In this document: piece by piece, positions 10,601 to 17,192 of the stretch
Layout of the letters: each line of letters starts with the position of its first letter
Numbering within the stretch: the stretch's first letter is position 1
Source: Verrucomicrobiota bacterium
GTDB taxonomy: Bacteria > Verrucomicrobiota > Verrucomicrobiia > Limisphaerales > Palsa-1400
Direction of reading: 5' to 3'
Assembly: GCA_049510745.1 (NCBI GenBank)
Contig: JBEKYR010000011.1
Span: 73,932 to 137,931, forward strand
Length of the DNA: 64,000 nucleotides
Notes under the pieces: model-generated
Databases searched by the model: none
What the model saw: the letters and a program-made list of their open reading frames with translations, nothing else
Told to the model about the DNA's origin: nothing
Translations under genes and position numbers: made by a program

Positions 10601-10878
10601 AACTGGTTCCATCCGGCGTCGTAAGACAGCACCACGCAATCACAGAGGAACGGTCTGCCCGCGGCGGCCCCGGTTTTGGGCAACCCGAAAAACTGCTCAA
10701 AATTCGTCACGACGTCTTCCGCGCGACCGGTTGCCGTTGCGGCCCAAATCAACCCTGCGGCGATCAAGGGCGCCGTCCACCCGGAGCAGATTGGACCGAC
10801 ACTTCGCCGGGTGCCGCATTCTGATGGCGACACCTCAAGCGCGGGCGGCGGATTGGCCGATTTAAGAAACAAAATCAC
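7603..10878 (-). CDS. Sensor histidine kinase with large repetitive extracytoplasmic (OB-fold-like) region
   Basis: Signal-like N-terminus; internally duplicated beta-rich region; TM before LRRQVRRQT; H-box ATGVLHNVGN; N-box NLIHNAKYA; GFTTRKNGHGFGL. Confidence 0.88.
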   Translation of the reverse strand: MILFLKSANPPPALEVSPSECGTRRSVGPICSGWTAPLIAAGLIWAATATGRAEDVVTNFEQFFGLPKTGAAAGRPFLCDCVVLSYDAGWNQLFVSDGNNTCYLPTQTFHSPLRQGDYVKITGVIAFDGTGSVLSNLDAVVLGKRPLPSPRHIELTQLAGTAGEWIEVEGEVHGADTNGGRLELALHQSGQNCLAYVMGAPGPNATELMGARVQIRGINTSQVADGRLKTQSIIVPGTNDLTTVHPPRAPLTQLPVSSIDTLLHRELGLWTNEMVHLNGWIEDYRPGQDVTVKDPTGVIRAEVVQILPTELGERVDVWGFVTRRADGVRLESAYFRMANPPPADGLSVRAAASLKAPATNGLETITTAAAVRRLTPEEAARGYPVRLRGVVTYADPAWHSVFFQDDSDALFAMPDQAGLHSGQLVELTGQTDPGNFAPVVLNAKFTILASTNLPRPRTVDLEDLADGHLDARWVQVEGIVQRVKEDDGHLRLVVRGDREKFTVTVPNWNGKPIPVQWVDSRVSVCGACAADANLRRQLGGITIFTPDLLQIKTVEAALSDPFAASVIPIGSVATFNPGRAGRRIAVNGVVTLLLPGQGFLLQDSSGGIRVRTEQTNEIHVGERVDAVGFPALGELSPHLEGAVFRRSGIGVLPAPKTVTAEEILRSAACDNIAVKLQAVLLQKVARSLEPRLVLQDGSVIFTATLLDPRQAEAAFALAPGSLLRLAGVCLIDGSPTRGAEAFHLTLSQPGAVELLKAPPSWTAQDALKVAGGMGVAIVAALTWVGLLRRQVRRQTEIIRSNQKHLIAASRQAGMADVATGVLHNVGNILNSVNISTSILSQKVRQSKTGNVSKVAALLREHEAGLADFVTRDPQGRQIPVYLEQLADRLAREQTLFRDELASLEQNIEHIKNIVAMQQNYAQVAGYVETVQPTELVEDALRLNSAALSRHRIEVRRDYAPNLPALAIDKHKALQILVNLIHNAKYACDPPEIHEKRLTLRVTNGDGRVRISVIDTGVGIPQENLTKIFNMGFTTRKNGHGFGLHSGALAAHELGGALLAHSDGPSQGAIFTLELPVSNPAPDSNRPTTVSP

Positions 10879-10981
10879 AATTATGTTCCATATCCCATAT
10901 CGGCAGACCGGACTGTAAAGTTAAGCGGTCATTTCTCTGAACGCGCTGGCCAAGGCGCGCTCTTCCTGCTTCAATTCTCCC

Positions 10982-12298
10982 GTGAAAATTCTGGTCATCG
11001 GCTCCGGCGGGCGCGAGCACGCCTTGGTTTGGAAGCTGGCGCAATCGCCGCGTGCCACCCGTATTTGGTGCGCGCCGGGCAACGCCGGCATCGCCACCGA
11101 GCCGCTCTCTTCCAACGGGTCGCCGGCGCAATGCCTGGACCTGGCGGCGGAAAACCTCCCCGCTTTGCTCGCCTTTGCCAACGAAAACCGGGTCGATCTC
11201 ACCGTCGTCGGGCCGGACAATCCGCTCGCCTTGGGCGTGGTCGATCTTTTTCAAAAGCACGGCCTGCGAATCTGGGGGCCGAACCAGAAGGCGGCGCAAT
11301 TTGAATCGTCCAAGGCCTTCTCCCAGGCGTTCATGGACAAACACGGCATTCCCACGGCGCGCTCGAAAATCTTCAGCGAAGCGGGCGCGGCCAAACGCTT
11401 TGCCGCCGAACTGGGAGGCAAATGCGCCGTCAAGGCCGACGGCTTGGCGCTGGGCAAAGGCGTGCTGCTGTGCCGTTCGGCCGACGAAGCCTGCCGGGCC
11501 ATCGACGATATGCTGGTCCACCAGAAATTCGGGGCGGCAGGACGGCAGATCGTCATTCAGGAGATGCTGGAGGGAATGGAAATCTCGCTGCACGCGCTGT
11601 GCGATGGCCGGACGGCGCGCCTTTTTCCCACCGCGCAGGACCACAAGCGCGCCGGCGAGAATGACACCGGCCCGAACACCGGCGGCATGGGCGCGTATGC
11701 GCCGACGCCGTTCCTGGACGAGGCGGGCATGGCGCAGGCGGCCGACCGGATTTTGTCGCCTTGGGGGAAGGGATGCCGCGAGGAAGGGATTGATTTTCGC
11801 GGCATCTTGTACCCCGGCGTCATGTTGACAAAGGACGGCCCCAAGGTCTTGGAGTTCAATGCCCGTTTTGGCGATCCGGAGGCGCAGGTTTATCTCATGT
11901 CCATGTCCAAGGACCTGCTCGATCTGCTGGAAATCTCCGTCCAGGGCGCCTTGGACAAGTTCACGACAAACTTTGTCACGACGTATTTTCGCGGCGTGGC
12001 GGTCTGCGTCGTGATGGCTTCCGCGGGCTATCCGGGCGCTTACGCCAAAGGGAAGATCATCCGCGGCCTGGAGGAAGCGGGGCGGTTGCCGCAGACGAAA
12101 ATTTTTCACGCCGGCACCGCGCGCGCCGGCGGCGAGTTCGTGACCAACGGGGGCCGCGTGCTGGGGGTGACGGCGTTGGGCGCCACGGTGGCCGAGGCGC
12201 GGGCGCGGGCCTATCTGGCGGTGGGGAAAATTCAATTCGACGGCGCGCAATTTCGGCGCGATATTGGCGCCAAGGCTCTGAGCGCAGCCGAAAAGTGA
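10982..12298 (+). CDS. purD: Phosphoribosylamine--glycine ligase
   Basis: ILVIGSGGREHAL, APGNAG, KADGLALGKGV, QDHKR..E.DTGPNTGGMGAY, EFNARFGDPE, NGGRVL. Confidence 0.98.
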   Translation: MKILVIGSGGREHALVWKLAQSPRATRIWCAPGNAGIATEPLSSNGSPAQCLDLAAENLPALLAFANENRVDLTVVGPDNPLALGVVDLFQKHGLRIWGPNQKAAQFESSKAFSQAFMDKHGIPTARSKIFSEAGAAKRFAAELGGKCAVKADGLALGKGVLLCRSADEACRAIDDMLVHQKFGAAGRQIVIQEMLEGMEISLHALCDGRTARLFPTAQDHKRAGENDTGPNTGGMGAYAPTPFLDEAGMAQAADRILSPWGKGCREEGIDFRGILYPGVMLTKDGPKVLEFNARFGDPEAQVYLMSMSKDLLDLLEISVQGALDKFTTNFVTTYFRGVAVCVVMASAGYPGAYAKGKIIRGLEEAGRLPQTKIFHAGTARAGGEFVTNGGRVLGVTALGATVAEARARAYLAVGKIQFDGAQFRRDIGAKALSAAEK

Positions 12299-12312
12299 AC
12301 CTCTTAAAAACG

Positions 12313-13362
12313 ATGAACACGCGAAATCTGGTCTTGTGCCTTCTGCTGTCGGCGGCGTCCGCCCCGGCCGCGCCGGCGACTCCCGCACCGAAGTTTGAAG
12401 AAGTCTTCAAGGTGCTCAGCACCAATCTGGGCGGCGTCAGCCAGGAGGAATTGGAGCGCGCCGCCGTGCAGGGGTTGATCGGCCAACTCGGTCCGAGGGT
12501 CAGCTTGCTGGGCGCCCCCGCCTCCGGCTCGCCGGCGGCCCCGGACGCCGCTCCCCTGGCCGGGGCGCGTGTCTTTGACAACTGCTTTGCTTATGTGCGC
12601 GTGGCGGCTGTGGGGAGCAATTTGCCGGAGGCGTTTCGCGCCGCCTACCGCCAGATGACGGAGACCAACAAGGAGAAAATCAAGGGGCTGGTGCTGGACC
12701 TCCGTTTTGCCGGCGGCGCCGATTACGAGGCGGCGGCGAAAGTGGCCGACTGTTTTCTCAATTCCGAGCGGCCGCTGCTGGAATGGCAAACCGGATCCGC
12801 CCACGCCACCAAAAAGGCCGACGCCATCCTGGCGCCCGTGGCCATCCTGGTCAATTCCCGGACGACGGGCGCGGCCGAGGCGCTGGCCGCCGTGCTGCGC
12901 GACGCCGACGTGGGACTGATCCTGGGCGCCACCACCGCCGGCCAGGCCAGCCTCTACAAGGATTTCCCGCTCAGCGACGGCGAACAGCTCCGCGTGGCGG
13001 TCGCGCCGGTGAGCCTGAGCGGCGGAAGGGTCCTGTCGCGTGGGGTGGTTCCGGACATTGCAATCGAGGCGAGTTTGGACGATGAACGGGCGCACCTGCA
13101 AGACCCGTACAAAGACCTCCACCCCGCGGAAAGCGCCAAAGCAGACCCCGCAACCAACCGCGTCGAGGAGCTGCGCCGCCGGTTCAACGAAGCGGAACTG
13201 GTGCGCGAGCACAAGGCGGGCGAGGATGCGGACACCGGGGACGCTGGCGCCGCGGCGGGGGCTTCGGCGGCGGGCGCGCCGGTGATGGTGGACCCCGTAC
13301 TGGGGCGGGCGTTGGATTTGTTGAAGGGCCTGGCGGTCGTGCAACCCAACCGGCCAGGGTAA
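12313..13362 (+). CDS. S41 (C-terminal processing) peptidase-like exported protein, probably inactive
   Basis: GLVLDLRFAGG, PVAILVNSRTTGAAEALA, GVVPDI, DPVL.RALDLL; catalytic Ser and Lys positions substituted. Confidence 0.8.
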   Translation: MNTRNLVLCLLLSAASAPAAPATPAPKFEEVFKVLSTNLGGVSQEELERAAVQGLIGQLGPRVSLLGAPASGSPAAPDAAPLAGARVFDNCFAYVRVAAVGSNLPEAFRAAYRQMTETNKEKIKGLVLDLRFAGGADYEAAAKVADCFLNSERPLLEWQTGSAHATKKADAILAPVAILVNSRTTGAAEALAAVLRDADVGLILGATTAGQASLYKDFPLSDGEQLRVAVAPVSLSGGRVLSRGVVPDIAIEASLDDERAHLQDPYKDLHPAESAKADPATNRVEELRRRFNEAELVREHKAGEDADTGDAGAAAGASAAGAPVMVDPVLGRALDLLKGLAVVQPNRPG

Positions 13363-13375
13363 GGGCGATCCGGCG

Positions 13376-16300
13376 TCAGCCGTTCCTGCCGCAGCAATGT
13401 TTGTATTTTTTCTTGCTGCCGCAGGGGCACGGGTCGTTGCGCCCCACCTTCGGTCCGCTGCGAATCGGGCGCGGTTTGGACATGGCGGAACTGGCTTCCG
13501 TCACCATGTCGCTGGGCCGTTTGCCGTCGGCCTGGGCGGGGGGGGCGGGAGCGCCGGAGGGGGCGCCGCCAAAAGCATCGGCCGATTGGTGGATGGTGCG
13601 TTGCGGGACGCTGCGGATGAATTTGTCGAAGGCCATCATGCTGGAGGCGCTGCGGAAGATGTTGTGGCAGATTTCCGTTTTGATGTTGACCATCAGGTCT
13701 TCGAAGACCTTGAAGGCTTCGGCCTTGTATTCGATGAGCGGATCGCGCTGACCGTAGGCCCGCAAGCCGATGCTCTCGCGCAGGGTGTCCATGCCGTAGA
13801 GGTGCTCCTGCCATAGCTCGTCCACCGCGCGGAGAATGGTGTAACGCTCGACGGATTTGAGGGCTTGAGGCTGCTCGAAGCTGATCTTCAACTCGTAGGC
13901 CTGGCGCACCGCCTGGCAGATAAACTGGCAGACGGCGAATTGCGGCGCGCTCAAACCGTCGAAGGCCGAGCCGGGCACGGGGGCTTGCTGGCCGGAGCGG
14001 GCCGCCTTGAGGATTTCCTCCTCCGGCACGCCCAGGGGAAAGTTCAGGTTGATCCAGTCGGCCAGGGGACGGGCGTTCCATTCGGGGTGTTTGGCCATCT
14101 TGGCCTCGACGCCGGCTTGCGGGTTCCAGCCGGCCAGCGGACGCGCTTTCGAATCCGCCGTCTCGATGTCGGCGGGCGTCAATTCCCGCACCTTTTGGAT
14201 GACGATCTCCTCCATGATGTCCATCAACCGGTCGCGGACGTCGTCGGAATTGATGACCTCGTCGCGGAAGCCGTAGATGACTTCGCGCTGCTTGTTCATG
14301 ACGTCGTCGTATTCGAGGGTGCGTTTGCGGCGCTGGAAGTTGTGCTGCTCGACGCGTTTTTGGGCCGTCTCGATGGACTTGTTGAGCATGACATGCTGGA
14401 GTTCCTGGCCCTCCTCCAGGCCCATTTTTTCCATGTACTTGACGATCTTGTCCGAGCCGAAGAGGCGCATCAGGTCGTCTTCGAGCGAGATGAAAAAGTG
14501 GGACGAGCCGGGGTCGCCCTGGCGGGCGCAGCGGCCGCGCAACTGGCGGTCGATGCGGCGGGATTCGTGGCGCTCGGTGCCGATGACGTGGAGGCCGCCC
14601 AAAGCGGCGATGCCCTCGCCCAATTTGATGTCGGTGCCGCGGCCGGCCATGTTGGTGGCGATGGTGACGGAGCCGCGCTGGCCGGCGCGGGAGACGATTT
14701 CGGCCTCCTGCTGGTGGAACTTGGCGTTGAGGACGGAATGAATGATGCCGATGCGCTTGAGCATGCGGGAGACGTGCTCGCTGGTTTCGACCGAGACGGT
14801 GCCGACGAGGATGGGCCGGCCCTGGTTGTGAATGGAGGTGATTTCGTTGATGACGGCGTTGAATTTTTCGCGTTTGGTCTTATAGACCGAATCGTTGGCG
14901 TCCTTGCGGGCGACCGGTTTGTTGGTGGGAATGACCAGCACGCCCAGCTTGTAAATGTCCAGGAATTCGGAGGCCTCGGTTTCGGCGGTGCCGGTCATGC
15001 CGGCGAGTTTTTTGTAAAGACGAAAATAGTTTTGGATGGTGATGGTGGCCAGGGTCTGGGTTTCGCGCTCGATTTCCACGCCCTCCTTGGCTTCGACCGC
15101 CTGGTGCAGGCCGTCGCTCCAGCGCCGCCCGTACATGGGCCGTCCGGTGTGCTCATCGACGATGACGACCTTGCCGTTTTCGATGACGTAATGGACGTCC
15201 AGTTGATAGAGGCTGTAGGCCTTGAGCAGTTGGGAGATGGTGTGAATCTGGGCGGCCTTGGCCTCGAAGTCCGCCTGGACTTTGGCCTTCTCCTCCAGGC
15301 GCAGGCGGGCGTCGGCCTCGGGGCCGGTATCGATCTCGTGAAAGCGCACCGTCAAATCCGGCAGCACAAAGGCGTCCGGGTCCTCGGGGCGCATGTAGGA
15401 GCGGCCCTTTTCCGTCAAGTCGGCGTCATGGCTTTTTTCGTCCATGGCGTAGAAAAGTTCCTCCTTCTCGGCGTAGAGGGCCTTTTTGCTCTGGTCGGCG
15501 TGCAACTCCAGCTCCGCCTTGTTCATCATGCGTTTGTTTTCCGGGTCTTCCAGCAGCTTCATCAAGCCGGCCGAGCGGGGGTCGCCCATGTTGACGCGGT
15601 AAAGCAGCAGCCCGATTTCATTTTCCAGCGCCGGCGGGTTGGCGGGATTGGAGCCGTCTTCGGGACGCAGTTTCTTGAGGAGGGCTTCGGCTTCGGAAAG
15701 GAAGCGGGCGCACAATTTCTCCTGCGTCCGCACCAGGGCCTCGACGGCGGGCTTGAAGCGGTCGTACTGGTTGTCCACCGTCACGACCGAGGGGCCGCTG
15801 ATGATCAGGGGGGTGCGGGCCTCGTCGATGAGGATGGAATCGACTTCATCGACGATGGCGAAGTAATGGCCGCGCTGGACCTGGTCTTCCTTGCGCAAGG
15901 CCATGCCGTTGTCGCGCAAATAATCGAAGCCGAACTCGGCGTTGGTGCCGTAAGTGATGTCGCAATCGTATTGGGCGCGGCGCTCGGCGGGGGATTGATC
16001 GTGCAAGATGCAGCCGACGGTCAGGCCGAGAAACTTGTAAACCGCGCCCATCCATTCGCTGTCGCGGGCGGCCAGGTAATCGTTGACGGTGACGACATGG
16101 ACGCCGCGGCCGGTGAGGGCGTTGAGATAGACGGGGAGGGTGGCGACCAGGGTTTTGCCTTCGCCGGTGGCCATTTCCGTGATTTTGCCATTGTGCAGGG
16201 CGAAGCCGCCGACGAGTTGGACATCAAAGGGGATCATTTCCCATTTCAAAACGTGGTCGCGCACGATGATGTCCTGGCCGCAGAGGCGGCGGCAGGTGTT

Positions 16301-16537
16301 TTTGACGACGGCATAGGCCTCCGGCATAATCTCGTTGAGGCGGCGGGCCAGTTCGACGTTGTCCTTGATCTGGGAGATTTCGGATTTCCAGGCGGCGGTT
16401 TTCTGGCGCAGCGCCTCGTCGGACAGGGAGGACAGGGGGGTTTCGAGGGCATTGATCTTGGCGACCCATGGCCGGAGCTTGCGCACCTGTCGTTCGTTCT
16501 GCGAACCGACGATTTTTTTAATGATGTAATTAATCAT
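13376..16537 (-). CDS. secA: Preprotein translocase subunit SecA
   Basis: EMATGEGKT, HVVTVNDYLA, IVDEVDSILIDEARTPLIIS, ATNMAGRGTDI, RRIDRQLRGR, C-terminal GRNDPCPCGSKKKYKHCC; start at MINYIIKK. Confidence 0.99.
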   Translation of the reverse strand: MINYIIKKIVGSQNERQVRKLRPWVAKINALETPLSSLSDEALRQKTAAWKSEISQIKDNVELARRLNEIMPEAYAVVKNTCRRLCGQDIIVRDHVLKWEMIPFDVQLVGGFALHNGKITEMATGEGKTLVATLPVYLNALTGRGVHVVTVNDYLAARDSEWMGAVYKFLGLTVGCILHDQSPAERRAQYDCDITYGTNAEFGFDYLRDNGMALRKEDQVQRGHYFAIVDEVDSILIDEARTPLIISGPSVVTVDNQYDRFKPAVEALVRTQEKLCARFLSEAEALLKKLRPEDGSNPANPPALENEIGLLLYRVNMGDPRSAGLMKLLEDPENKRMMNKAELELHADQSKKALYAEKEELFYAMDEKSHDADLTEKGRSYMRPEDPDAFVLPDLTVRFHEIDTGPEADARLRLEEKAKVQADFEAKAAQIHTISQLLKAYSLYQLDVHYVIENGKVVIVDEHTGRPMYGRRWSDGLHQAVEAKEGVEIERETQTLATITIQNYFRLYKKLAGMTGTAETEASEFLDIYKLGVLVIPTNKPVARKDANDSVYKTKREKFNAVINEITSIHNQGRPILVGTVSVETSEHVSRMLKRIGIIHSVLNAKFHQQEAEIVSRAGQRGSVTIATNMAGRGTDIKLGEGIAALGGLHVIGTERHESRRIDRQLRGRCARQGDPGSSHFFISLEDDLMRLFGSDKIVKYMEKMGLEEGQELQHVMLNKSIETAQKRVEQHNFQRRKRTLEYDDVMNKQREVIYGFRDEVINSDDVRDRLMDIMEEIVIQKVRELTPADIETADSKARPLAGWNPQAGVEAKMAKHPEWNARPLADWINLNFPLGVPEEEILKAARSGQQAPVPGSAFDGLSAPQFAVCQFICQAVRQAYELKISFEQPQALKSVERYTILRAVDELWQEHLYGMDTLRESIGLRAYGQRDPLIEYKAEAFKVFEDLMVNIKTEICHNIFRSASSMMAFDKFIRSVPQRTIHQSADAFGGAPSGAPAPPAQADGKRPSDMVTEASSAMSKPRPIRSGPKVGRNDPCPCGSKKKYKHCCGRNG

Positions 16538-16712
16538 ACCAATCGAGCGCGACAAGTTACGGGAAATCGGGGGCAGCGTCAAAAGGATAAGGGCAAGGAT
16601 GAAAGGCAGAAGGATGAAGGAAGAAGGAAGAAGACCCATTTCCTTTGGCACTTGTGAGGTTTTTCGTCACTGGTCGGTGTCGTCGGATCCGGGTATTTTT
16701 TGGAATTTCATT

Positions 16713-17124
16713 TTTTGGCCCGATTTGGCCGGATTTACCCGGATTTGGCCGGATTTGTCCGGGTTTTCGGGTTCGTTTTCCGGGTTGAATCCGGCATTTT
16801 TTGCCGCCTTTCGGGGTAGTTTCCGGTGCTGGCGGTGCATGAGAGCGGCATTTGAACGAGGCGAGGATTGAGTTTTTGCGTCAAGTCTGTCCCCTGCAAA
16901 TGACGGCAAAGGTCGCGTACGAGGGCGAACGTCCAAGGTTGGACTGGCTTGATCGGGGAGCCAATGGGACCAAGGCGACGAATGGCTGATCGGATCGGAG
17001 AGGTCTCCGAGCCACGGGCCGGTGTTGAGCGGGCCGCACTGAGCACTTTGCCTTTTGCATGTCTCATTCATGCTGGCTCGATTAGAACACAGGTCCATCA
17101 AGTCGAAAAACCTACGGAAGGAAA
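16713..17124. repeat. Dispersed ~420-bp repeat element, copy 1
   Basis: Aligns collinearly with 60433..60856; begins with ~10-bp periodic CCGGATTT(G/A) units. Confidence 0.9.
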
Positions 17125-17155
17125 GATTCTTAAAAAAAAAGAGGGTTTGACCGCA

Positions 17156-17185
17156 TCCTCCTTCGCAGAAGCTATGGAGGACGGG
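17156..17185. repeat. Short palindromic REP-like repeat (TCCTCCTTCGCAGAAGCTATGGAGGA type)
   Basis: Hairpin TCCTCC...GGAGGA; related copies at 60117..60163 (inverted) and 60954..60982. Confidence 0.65.
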
Positions 17186-17192
17186 GAGAACA

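Noticed and set aside
16538..16651. Hydrophobic N-terminal extension of SecA
   Set aside because: It is the translation of a purine-rich heptamer tract; a typical SecA start is at 16537
16667..17101. 144-aa ORF and its 132-aa homolog at 60405..60803 as protein-coding genes
   Set aside because: Two overlapping frames are similarly conserved with no clear synonymous bias and low-complexity ends; reported as a repeat, though coding is not excluded
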